Source: Adineta vaga (taxonomy: Eukaryota > Animalia > Rotifera). Taken from it: a stretch of 64,000 nt of DNA. The DNA lies in the NCBI GenBank assembly GCA_021613535.1, contig CP075492.1, positions 7,998,001 to 8,062,000 of the forward strand, given 5' to 3'. The notes under the pieces were generated by a model. The model did no database searches. It was given only the letters and a program-made list of their open reading frames with translations, and was not told the origin of the DNA. This document shows, piece after piece, positions 46,709-59,030 of the stretch (position 1 is the stretch's first letter; each line of letters begins with the position of its first letter). The position numbers and the translations under genes were made by a program.

Positions 46709-48529
46709 TTAAAAACAAAATGATAAATGATTATCACTTAATTTAACGTCAACATAAGAAAGATCACGTTGATACATATAGTAAATAAGCCATCCCATAA
46801 ATTGATCGAGATTTTGCGTGTTATAATGTGCATCAATATGTATATTCATAATTTTTAATATTTGAGCCATTTTGAAAAGAAGAAGTGTAATCATCAAATA
46901 TAAATCATCAAGATTTACAATTGATAATGATAATGAATCAAGATGTACGAAAACCATTGGTAATCGTTCGTACAAAAGTAAATCTTTTACATTATTAATC
47001 GATCTAAATAGATAGAATTTCAGTTAATATGACAATCATTATTCTTTCTGTTCTTACGTAATCGTTAAATGTTTAATTAATTTTGTTAAACATCGACAAA
47101 CATCTTGATCAGTTAACATTTTCGTCATTTTAATGAAGTTATTTAATCGAATTGAAAGTGAATGAAGATTTGGTGTATAATCGAATAAAACTAGACTTGA
47201 TGTTGGAAAATGTTCTCCAAGAAATTCAATAGATTTTAAATTTGAAAATCTTACAACATGTGAAATATCGACCAATAGACTTTTTGGAAATGATTGATAT
47301 TCTCGAAAATATGAAATAAGTTTTATTTGTTCGACATTAGAAAATTTGACTTTTTCTGAACGTAGATTTTCATCGGAATTTGTTAAAATTAATGAAAGTT
47401 TTTTAACATTTTCAAATATATTCCTATCATTTGTTGCTGTTTCTTCAATGTTTGTATTGTAAAGATTGTATTGAATATTATCATTTATCATTGGAATGGA
47501 AAACAATTCAATCGTTCTCTGTGTTGTACAAGGATGTAATGCAAAAAACCATGTTCGAGAACGAAAATATGATATATTAAATGTTTGTAGTAATTGACTA
47601 CGCTCATCAGCGTTGGGAGTATATCATCGGGAAATATCACATGAAGACGAAATTGAATTAAATGTCGTAAATATTTTGATATAAATACTTCCCATGTCTT
47701 ACCTAAAAATGTACATAACTATGAAATAAGAAGTGGTAGAGATAAAAGAAAACATACCATTTGCATAATCGATATCTGTTGCATAGATAGTCAATCGTTG
47801 TAATGATGAAAATGAGTTTAAGACAGATTTTTGCAGATTAGGAAATGATACAGTACTTGTATGAATAACAAGTGATTTAAGATGACAGATATCATTAGTT
47901 AAGGTGGGAATTTTACCATTGATAAGTGTAACTGTTAAATATTGAAGTTGTGGAGTGTAGAAATGAACAAATAGACATATATCTTCGATACTACATTGAT
48001 TAATGGTAAGATATGTAAGATGAGAATAGGGATGTTGATTTTCAAAAGAAATTTGTTTGTTTAAATTTAGAATACAAGTTTGAATTAATGGTAATTGTCC
48101 TTGAAAGATAATTTTATCTTCCATTGTACTATCGATACGTGTTTGAAGATTTAAATAAAGTAAATTTTGTAAATTATTTAATTGTGGAATCATTTTTTGA
48201 AGAGTAACATATTGAAGATTGTAAATAGTTAAATATTTTAAAGAAATAAAATCAGATAGACGAATTTGATATATTAAACGATCGAAAATATCTTCACAAC
48301 GTAATGAAATAATTCGTTGTGACATAAGAGAAAATAGAAAATAATTATAATAATCATATGTTCTTTTCGAAAGATCTATCAAATCCATATGAAGTTGAAG
48401 TGAAATAAGAAATTCATTATAACGTTTATTTAAATAATAAAATCCTTGAAATATATCAGCTGGTGAAAGATATTCGAAAACTTCAAGTAATACTTCATTG
48501 GGTATCCACTCAAATTTTGATGATTTCAT
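46709..48529 (-). CDS. F-box domain protein with LRR-like body; apparent 1-nt frameshift near 47620
   Basis: FEWIPNEVLLEVFEYLSPADIFQGFYYLNKRYN F-box; exon 2 (GKTWEVFISKYLRHL...FPDD) continues in another frame (TPNADERSQLLQTF...WFFA). Confidence 0.75.
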
Positions 48530-48702
48530 TTCATACAATGGTATTGATCAAGATTTTCTTTATCTAAAACACAAAACAATCAACGACTCAAGATTTGTTG
48601 GACAAGAGTAATATCAATCTTCTTTTTTTATTTATTTCCTAGAGCAATAACAACAACAACAATAATAACAACAACAAAAAAACACATTAATCTGTTGTTC
48701 AC

Positions 48703-49851
48703 TCAAGTGACCAATCGATAGGTTATATAACGACCAGCTGTTTCCGATGTTCGAGTAATTCGTACTACCTACAATATTGACAATCAATCAAAAAACATCG
48801 AAGTGTATTTTTTCATTTACTTGACCACGTTTTAAACCGAAATATCGAGCAACTGGATCACCATATTGAATACGTGGCAATTGACTTTCTTTAAGACGAC
48901 TAAATAAAACCAACTATGAATGTAGTTGTTCTCGAAAAATCCACTTACTATCTTGCTAATAATTCTTGTTTTTCTTCTTGTGTTAAGATAACATGTTTTG
49001 GAACAAGCTAAAATCGATCATTACATTTCAATGATCTTCAATGAGATTTACTTACATTATGTTCAGTAATATTAATCAATAGTTCACTTTCAAGAAAAAC
49101 TTGAAAAGAAAAACTTTTATTTTGTAATTCATTGATTAACTAAATAAACAAAAAAAAAGTTACGATGAAAATATGTAAAGATTTTCTTACATCACGAGCT
49201 GCTGGTGTTAAACCAATATGAACAACAAGAATTGAATGTGGAATACTTTCTTCTTGCATTTTTTTGAAATAATCTTTGATACGATCAACACCAATTTTTG
49301 GTTGATCTGGAAATTGAACAATCATCGTATCTGTTGGATCATCATTATGTGCAACCATAACAATTAATTGTGATCGTGCTGGCTTATTTTCACTAGAAGA
49401 TAATTTTCAAAATAAGACGAATGATGAAATATTCATTTCAGAATGATTTACCTGGGTTTATCACCAAAAACAGCCTTGAATTGTTCGAGGGTTTGATCAA
49501 GTTCATCTTGACTCACAAGATAACCACGATCATGACACATCTAATATAAAAAAACAAAATCAAATATAATTCTAATCAAAATACAATTGAAATTAGTTAG
49601 TATTCGATAATGATATACATTTTCAATAGATAACTATCTGCTCTTTTATAGAAAAATGTATCATTATACTTTTGTTTAATTGATTCTATCAAGCTAATAA
49701 TATTACCCATCGAATAGTTATGATTTTCAATCTTTAAACGACATCTGTTCCTAGACTGAATAGAAAACGAATAGATGCTTTCAAATTCATTTACCTGAAG
49801 AACAGTTTTTCTAATACGCCATAATTTGTAAGTTTCAGCTTCATCATCCAT
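48703..49851 (-). CDS. POLR2E: RNA polymerases I/II/III subunit RPABC1 (RPB5)
   Basis: [19 protein letters not shown]|[65 protein letters not shown]|[20 protein letters not shown]. Confidence 0.97.
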
Positions 49852-50035
49852 TGTCTTGTATATGAATTGAACTAACTAAACACGAAAATGAATGAATGAA
49901 TGAAGTAACAAATGTCGCGACTTTAATGAATTTCATTGGTTGATTCTTTCCACCAATAGCGATCAGTTCTGATCATCTTTGATTTGATCTTATTCTTCTC
50001 TCGCTCTTTCATATCATATCTACACGTGATTGATA
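49852..50035. promoter_or_regulatory. Compact bidirectional promoter between POLR2E and the Nup358-like gene
   Basis: 184 bp between divergent ATGs; GTCGCGAC palindrome at 49914-49921 and oppositely oriented CCAAT boxes at 49935-49939 and 49953-49957. Confidence 0.6.
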
Positions 50036-52364
50036 ATGGCTAACAAGAATTTCAATAACAAAAGTTTTCCTTTATTAAATCAAATTGATGAAGGAAACTA
50101 TTCAAATGATATTGATTGGAATAAAAATGCTTTTCAAACCTTACTTGTAAGTTTAATCCACTTCCATTCACCTTGAACATTCCATTTCATCGTTTAAGAC
50201 ATCCAATTTACCGACAAAAACCATCTTTCATTACGCAATTGATGTAGGTCTTCAACGATTAGAAAATAGTTTATATGAAACTTATTGGGATGTAACAGCT
50301 GATGCATTAAATGAGTAAATCAAAATAATCCATGATGACAAAACTATATGAAAACTTTTCTCTTTAGTTTATCTCAATATCTGCTTAATAGTGATCTCGA
50401 TGATTATTCGTATGAAGCTAGATGTCAGTTATTAATGTACTCAGCAATTGCAATTATCAAAATGAATACAATTGTAAAATATTTATTTGTTTGCTTTTGA
50501 TTTGAATCTGTTTTGTTTTTAGAGACGACGATCGATTCATGACGCTAAATTAGCTTGTGCAACAATGTGTTTATTATTATTACAACAAACACGGACATAT
50601 GAAAATCCATCGACAACGAATGAATATGCAGCTTGTATTCGTTCAATGCGTTCTCGTTATTTAAAACGACTATTTATCATTGGTAAATAGAACTTTTCTA
50701 TTTTCAATATATGAATGAATCCAATTTTTGTCTTTAGTTCAATGGTTACCAACATTATCCAAAGTACAATTGAATGATTTACAATCAAATCATGAACGTT
50801 ATGTAAGCTTATCGGGAATAGTTTCGTTTTTGTTCTCATTATTTATTTTAGATTGCACTTATTCTTGAACAATTATATCCAGCAGTGTCTTTGCGAGATA
50901 AAATCAATCAATTTATCGATAATCAATTATTCAGTACTAATGCAAATGATGATGATGTGACATCAAGTGGATTTGTATTTATTCGACGTTTTCCAGAATA
51001 TAATGAAAAACTGATTGATAAATATAATGATTTAATGAATATGGGACTTACCAATTCGTTAAAACAATGTAAGATATATTCAGAAATAAGTATCGATCGT
51101 ACAGAGAATAACGACCAGAGATCTCTACACTACACTTTTTCTTCCGTTCTATTATAAAAAAAAAACTTTTAGTTATTGTTCAAATATTTTCATTGATAAT
51201 TGAATATTGACTGGTATATGCAATCATATAATAGCGTATCCTTTTCTTTTTCACTTCTTGGGAATTATTAACAACTAGTTCGTAGGAAAATCTATACATC
51301 TAATACTATAACTTTTTAGTAAATAATAATAATGCACGGAAACTAATCTGTTGTATATGGACATTATCATGTATGATTGAATCCAATCGAATATCACTTG
51401 CAGGTAGACTATCTCAAGTAATGCACACTTTATATATCTTCTGTTCTCTTAGTGATTAATTCTAATACTTTACGAGAACATTTTTCACTTGCACCAATTG
51501 ATTTCGAACAAAAATCAATTACAATTGAATCATTGAATGAACGAGATGTGATGGTAAATACATATCAATCTTTGAGATTCACTTTTTGACATGTTCTTAT
51601 TTAGGTTTTTCTTCTTCTTTGTGCTCAACAAAATGTACATTTACATGGTGCTGAATCGATATTACATCCTTATCTACTTTTTTCGGCATCTCATTTATGT
51701 ACACAACAACAAAAGAATTGGTGGCAAACAGCACTTAATCAAATGTAAACAAGTTTTATTTAACTAAGAATAAGATTTACTTAAGTCATAGTTAATTCTT
51801 CTAGACCATGGAATGAATTTAATGATCATCTTGCAACAATTCGTCTTGATAAAGATCGAATACAACAATACCCACCAAAAATAATTCTACTTGAAATTGC
51901 ACGAATTTTGTTCAAATCGGTAGATTGATTCTTTACTTTTGAAATGACTTGCAATATCTTTTCTTCTTTCAAAAGGCACATAAACTGTATGAACAACATG
52001 CAAAACGTGCAGCATCATCCTATGAACAATATGCTTTACATTATCTTCAAATTGCTAAGAATGATAAAAATATTCAGTTCGTAACAATATTTTACAGCAA
52101 TTTTAATGCTGAAAATTTGTTATTATTTCTCTAGGGGATCATCAGATCTTCAAACTAAGACAAATAAACAAGATAAATTATTTTTCTTCTATTCTCAAAA
52201 AAGTTTAAATCATGATCAGAAATATATGGAACAATTGATTGAACAATGTGAAAAATTTGTTCAACGATGTGATGAATTAAGAGTAAAATCTTTCTCTTGA
52301 GTTTATTCACTATTTCTTTCTTGTATGGATCATATAGGTACTGCCGGAACCGGATTCAGAACCG

Positions 52365-52395
<31 letters not shown>

Positions 52396-53042
52396 TACCA
52401 CCGAGAACATCTAGTCCAACGAAAGAGCAACAAAAAGGTATTTCTCTTCGAAAAATGACATGTCAACATGAGGAACATTTTCTTCTCTCTTATTAGATAT
52501 CAATATTTCAGCAATTCTAAGTCCAGTTCTGGTAGAAAAAGAAGAACGAAAACACTCAGAGGTTCGATAAACAACAGATTTATCTCATTTGAAAACTATA
52601 CATCTTTAGGCTACTGATTCGACCTTATTTGCTACCCCACCATCAAATAAAAGTCGTGATGTTGATGTTCAAACATTTATTCAATCTCCATCTTCACCTC
52701 CTCCACCACCTGTTGTTTCGATGCCACCTATCGAAGAAATATCTGAAACAATCGAACCACCATTACCACCATATGTTGATCTAATATTTTCTCATATGAA
52801 TAGTGTCAATCAATGGATAAATCAATTTTGTGTGGATAATGAAATGATACAAAATGATATTCATACTATTCGAGTAATCTGATCATTTTCATAGTTAGAA
52901 AATTGAATTTACATTTCTTCCTATTATTTAGGAACGTTTGGAAAAAATCAATCGAGTAACTAGTCAGATGATGTTTTCAAATATGAAAACTTATCCCTCA
53001 GGACCAAGTGAAACTTTTGATGGATACCAATCACCACAATAA
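50036..53042 (+). CDS. Nup358/RanBP2 N-terminal alpha-solenoid-like protein (about 16 exons, roughly 650-700 aa)
   Basis: Spliced segments ESLNERDVMVFLL, LCTQQQKNWWQTA, DHLATIR and YALHYLQ resemble, in order, human RanBP2 ESICILDLEVFLL, LCTERQKSWWDA, HEINTLR and RSVHYWK (from memory). They are followed by a PE repeat, a Pro/Ser-rich linker and a short coiled coil. Confidence 0.62.
52344..52400 (+). repeat. Coding (GAACCA)n repeat encoding a Pro-Glu tract
   Basis: ccggaaccggattcagaaccggaaccagaaccagaaccagaaccagaaccagtacca. Confidence 0.85.
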
Positions 53043-54809
53043 ATATTATAAAAAATATCTCTACATCACATCAATTATTTTTCTATTTATGGTATTTTGT
53101 ATTTGTTCTTTCTATTCTATTGCCATATATGTTCTTCTCTTTTTTTCTATTGTAAACGGATCTTTTATGAACTTGTATAAATAGATAGACATAGAATAAA
53201 TCCTTCTGGAAAAAAAAAGAAAAACAAGATCTACCTATTGAATTATCTCACCAAGAATTGTGTCGATTCTATACGAGTTACTGGCTACATACATATATCT
53301 ATTCTCCACTTAACAACAGTGAGAGGGAAAAAGAAGGCGGAGTAGAATGTAGATGGGATATTAAATTGATAGACGTAGGTGGTGAAAGCAATCACAAAAC
53401 TGCTGTGCAAAATGATGTCATCATTTTTGTGAATTATTGCTGTCGAATTTTAATAAAATATATAACTCATTGACAGGACAAAAAAAGATAATAGATACGA
53501 ATGCGTTGATAATCAAAGATTAAATAACAAAACATCTCATACACTACTAGCTTAGTTATCTTCATCTTTTTTCTATTTGTTTACAGTCGCGCGTGGCATA
53601 CTCATATGCTGTCAAGTGGCTAGCTTGTTGTTCATAAGCGTCCTCTTCTTTCTTCTTTTATCTTAACCGCATTGACTATTATCAGCAGGAAAGAAGCTAA
53701 TCGATATTGGTCAACACGAATAAATATAATTTCTCTCGTTGACACCACTATCAACCAACAAGAAATCGGTGTCGATGTGTGTTATGATCTTATTAACATG
53801 AGTCTAACAAATTCAGTGAGCTATATTCTGATCACACTACAATGATACATATATATCTATATGTATTATTCCTAGAGAAAAAAATAGATCGCAACACCTA
53901 AATAAGACTTGTTAAGGTGCATCGTCTCATCACACCTAACGAAGTTGTTAGCTATATTCCAATTGTCTTGATACTTATGGCTTATGTGCACATTTGGAAG
54001 ATGCGTCAAATATCACCAAACAATGATTTAGATTCTCTAATTATTCAAGAAAATAAAGATTCTAACTTATTGATTCTTGAAATATATTCGTGATTAAACG
54101 AAAGATCGTAGTAATTATTGAAATGTCGACAAATATGCTTTTCGAACCTATCAGATAGCTTTTCACGATATCGAAAATTCGAGCACTTAGCAACATTACA
54201 TTCACACTCAATTTATATTGACGACCATCAATTCTTATCACAGTTCTTGTCTTGGACTTCTTTTTCTTTTCGTTTTGTATCTGTATACCTATATACACAT
54301 TTGATTCACCTATCGATCACTATTATTCTATTACGATCGAAGAAATCCTATTAAGTTAAAGTGGTTATGCTTCGTTGATGCGTGGAAGAGAAAGGTAATA
54401 ATAATAGAAAAGAAAGAAAGAGAAAAACGATTTCATTTCTTCTCTTCGTAATCAGGAGAAGAGAAACAGATGACACCACCAATTGGCATCAACGAAAAGA
54501 GAGAGAGACGGAGAGAAAGAGAAAGGAAGAGAGAGAAAATATCTCTTGCTGCGATTTCTCCGATATGCACTATCAGACACATCACTTTCATTATTGAAGA
54601 CATCGACAACATTCGTTAATAATCAAGCAGCAGCATCAACATAATACAGGTACGATTATTCATGTGCCATTTTTTTTGAAAATGTTGCATCACTAATTGA
54701 CTCAATTGAATAAGGGAACTAATACATTAGTATCGGTTGATATATATATATACATCTATATCTATATTGTTGTTATGCACCATGTTTCTTTTTTTATCAC
54801 TAGAACGAA

Positions 54810-55844
54810 ATGATGCTTAGTTATCAACATACAAATATGGAGACAAAATCGCCCAGTGATGAAACATTATCAACATCAATGGTTTCGGACAATAACGAAG
54901 AAAAAGAAAACATTCCTTTATGCAATTATTGTCGAAAATCATTTGCTAACTATTCAAATTTACGACATCATATTCAAATTGTTCATTTGAAAGAAAGCAA
55001 ATGGGATTGTATTAAATGTGGAAAGGTAATACTAAACTTCTTGTTTTTTCTCCGAAGAATTTTGTATTAAACATTACGTTTCTTTTTTCATTAAGATTTG
55101 TTCATCGAAATCTAATCTTAAAGTTCATTTTCGTACACATATTCGTGTTAAACCTTATACATGTAAATATTGTGAATATGATTGTATGCATCACTCATCC
55201 ATCAAAGATCATCTGACAAAAAATCATCCTGATAAACCACATACTAGTATTGAACCAGGGTAAGATATAATTTAACAAAAAAAGATAAGTTCTATCTTAT
55301 TCATTATTTTAGATATAATTACAATTCTCAAGCTGTTCCCGAACCTGATGAATTCAATGCCGTTGATTTTGATCCAGCAAAATTTGTTGAACAACAAACT
55401 CAATGTAAACAACGTCAATCATTGATTGTTGAAAATAATGGTACTTTAAAATATACACAAACAATGACAACAACAACAAAAAATACTGCACATCCAAATT
55501 CTAATATCACAATTACGAAACCAAAACGTTTTCGTAGTGATACAAATCTTCTTCAAACATCATCATCACCATCACCACCAACATTTCCATTTCTTTCTCC
55601 ATCACCTATTGCTCTTTGGCCATTTAATCTTTATCATCCATCTTATATTCCAGCTATGATGAATGCATTTCGTTTATCATCAATGACAAATTCTTTGATT
55701 CCTCCAATTCATGAAGAAAAACATTTAACTAAACCAAATCGAAAATCATTCGAAATTGAAGGAATTTTAAATTTATCTTTACGTGATAATAAACGTAAAA
55801 ATCTCTCCGATACAATTTCAAGTGATGAAGAAGATTCGATTTGA
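54810..55844 (+). CDS. C2H2 zinc-finger transcription factor (3 fingers) with a C-terminal eh1-like motif
   Basis: CNYC...HIQIVH, CIKC...HFRTH and CKYC...HLTKNH across 3 coding exons; KSFEIEGILNL fits FxIxxIL. Confidence 0.88.
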
Positions 55845-55931
55845 ACGTTTTTTTTCTTTTCTCTTCGCATTTCTCTCTGTTTATTATTATTTTTTTTGCT
55901 ATACACGAAACAATAAACGTTCTCCTTTTGT

Positions 55932-57622
55932 TTAATTATCGTTTACAGATGAAACTAATGCTGTTTGTTCGTCAGTTCTTCTCGAACGAAATGAATGATA
56001 AGTCAATAACACTAAAATAGTTGCAACTAGAGCAATAAGAAACATGAAACAGAGCATTATCCAAGTTGCTTGTAATAAAGCGCCAGCATATAATGGACCA
56101 ACAACAGTAGCAATATTGACAATAGAACGTTGAATACCTTGACCAATACCTTGTTGTTCTTCATTAATCTCTCGTGTAAATAAAGTTGTCGTTGTTACCG
56201 CAATTAATGGTAAAGCAAGAATATCTAATGCAACGAATAATAAGAATATGGGAAGATATTTTTTTGAACCAACTTCTGAGAATGGTAAGATAATAACACC
56301 AATAAGACAAGCAATAGTAAGAATGACATAAGCAAAGAGAAGAACAGTTTGATCACGAACTTTTTTCGAAACATAGTGTAAACCAGTATAGACAAGGGTT
56401 ATTTCAATAGCAGCAACAGTAAATAAAAGCGATATTTCGATTTCATGCCAATTAAATTGATAGTTTGTAAATGGAGTTAAAGTTGTTTCAAGTGCTGTTT
56501 GATTGAAATAAGCAATGAATGAAGTTATTAGAAGAACCTAAATTGAAAAGAAGATATAAATATTATTTTTCTAGTATTTCATACCAAAATAGCAGGATTT
56601 TTACATAGTTTAATACAATGTTGACACACTTGACCGAATGAATTTGTTCGAATTGCATTTGAGAATGATTTTGAATCATGCTAAGATAGGAATGAACTTT
56701 CTATGTTTATTAGAATTTATTTTGTAACTTACAATCTTGTTAGGTGTATCACAAAAAAAACAAAGAGTTAATAATATAACGATAAACCATAGAGTAGCCA
56801 TGAATAAACCAGGAGCATTATACATGGTCACATGTAAATTAAATAGATCGAAATTTAATTGTTTGATAAAAATAGTAAAACATGGCCCAAGAAAAAGACC
56901 TATCTGACGACAACCTTAGTGTAGAAAAAAAGAAAGAAAGAAAGAACGAAAAGAATGAATTCATTTGCTTTGTTGGATCTATTTTACCGAGTATTTTTGC
57001 AAAAAGTTGTGTTCGTGTTTCTGCTGTTGATCTTCTCGATATTTCTGCTAATAAGGGTGGCTAAATAGGAGAAAACATTATTCGATCTGGTTTCTCTGTT
57101 CAATAGTTTATTTCTTACCACTAAACCCATTCCAATACCAGCAATTAATCGAGAAATAACCACAATATAAATATTAATACCAATAAAATAGAGCACATTA
57201 CCGATAATTAGACATGTGATTCCGATTAAAACTAATTTTTTTAATGAAACACCAATATCGTCTAGGTAACCAAAGATTAATCCAGCTATTGCACCTGATA
57301 AAGCAAAGACGGATAGAAGAATACCCATGGTAAAGCCTGCATAATGATTCTGCATAAATGTATTGATATAACCCCAAGCTGTAGGTAAAATAATGGCATA
57401 GTCAATTCCTGCAAAGAATATTTTTTGAGATATAATATGATTTTGAAATAAATTGTGTTTACCTGTTAACAACGCTATCAAAGCAATGATAATCAAGGTC
57501 AAAATTCGCTCACGTCGCTGGTTGGGTGTCAATAAATCTGCAGTATCATTTGATATTTGATCAGGCGGAATGGGATTCTGAAAAGAATCAGACAATTGTC
57601 GTTGTTGATGATCATTAGCCAT
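55932..57622 (-). CDS. Major facilitator superfamily transporter, MFSD8/CLN7-like
   Basis: GIDYAIILPTAWGY, GNVLYFIG...ISRLIAGIGMG, YNAPGLFM, FNQTALETTLTPFT and QGIGQGIQRSIVNIATVVGPLYAG; about 12 TM segments. Confidence 0.85.
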
Positions 57623-58703
57623 AATATCTATAATACAAAAAGAGAAATATTTTACGTCGTTAATCGATGTAAAAGTAGAGAAAAACAAACGATTTGAGGT
57701 ATTTCTTGTTTTTTCTTTTCTTTTTTTTACTCGTATTAATCATCGATTTTTATTGTACACTCAACCAATCGATACTTTACCGAATACGAATGTATCTTAA
57801 TTATAAAAGAGAGGTTTCTATCTACATCGAATAACAATTACAGATCAGTAGAAAAACCAGTATTAGTTTTACATCTACCGTTATTAAATGTTACAGAAGA
57901 GTCGCTGTCGCTTTTTTCCGCTTTTCACCGATGTTTAATAAAGAACTGAAGAAAAAAAACCTTTTTTTTCTCTCTCTCTCGTTGTCAATATCCCTGATGT
58001 ATGTACATGTGTCAGTAGAAAAAAGGCACACGCACCCCTTGATTGCTAAGTATGTTGTAGAAAGAAATAAAACAAGAAAAAAAAGGACTGCTATCAGTCT
58101 CTATAAGGAACAGCAGCGAGGAAAAAATGTGTATGGAAATTCATCATATTGATTAAAACAACATTTTCTTAATTTACTGAATGGTTTAAATTTAGCACAA
58201 GAGAAATTTTTTTATAATCATTGAATTATGATGAAAGATTGCAGTTTTTAGAAGAATGCGTAATAGGATCTTTAACCAAAGTAAATATCGATTTTGACAA
58301 TGATTGCAGACATATATTATTGAGAAATGCCTTCGTTGCAATAAAAAAAGATGGATGTGAAATAAGAATATATGTGTGTCGATCGGAAGTAGATCATTAA
58401 ATATGTACGAACGAAAATGATTCTTCGCAAAATTAATTATTGCAAGTTTATTATTTAATTCTACACAATCGATTATTAGACAAGTACATTTTGAACAGAG
58501 ATTGAAGGGTTACTGTCACTAAAGAGATGAATTTTTCTCTGTTCAACTTTGACACTTCGCATATTGGTTAGATAAATAATTAAAACATTTTCGCTTTACA
58601 CCGATGTCATAAATGTTTTCGTATCTTATCTATCCGAGGCAAAACTATAAAACAACAACGTATTCTTTGAAATTGTGTAAAAGAAAAAGACATTCATTCA
58701 CAG

Positions 58704-59030
58704 ATGGAAACGTCAACGGTTATTAATTATCGTCTGGTGGATGATATTGGTAATGAACCAAAGCAAATACTCAAACCAATTACTGACTACAAGCGTGAAT
58801 CGTTCGTATCACTTGAGGAGATCTGCAAATCTCTAGAAGATATACTCGATCATGAATTAAAACGAAATATTATTATCGCCAAAATGAATTCTGAATATGA
58901 TCTTACACAAGATGAATCTGCTTCGATTCACTTGTACAGTATGAAATGGAATATTTGTAAAAACTAGTTTAAACATAGTCCTAAATCGAATACTAAGTCT
59001 AATACTCTACAAAAAAGCTGGATGATAGTA
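58704..59030 (+). pseudogene. Truncated NAD(P)+-arginine ADP-ribosyltransferase-family remnant
   Basis: RLVDDIGNEPKQILKPITDY...VSLEE and LTQDESASIHLYSMKW are typical of the N-terminal part of this family. A TAG at 58965-58967 is followed by a frameshifted SLNIVLNRIL, and no catalytic R-S-E part follows. Confidence 0.65.

Noticed and set aside
51173-51281. Apparent extra exon in the Nup358-like gene
   Set aside because: It has stops in all frames, and splicing 51068 to 51320 is in frame, so this is intron.
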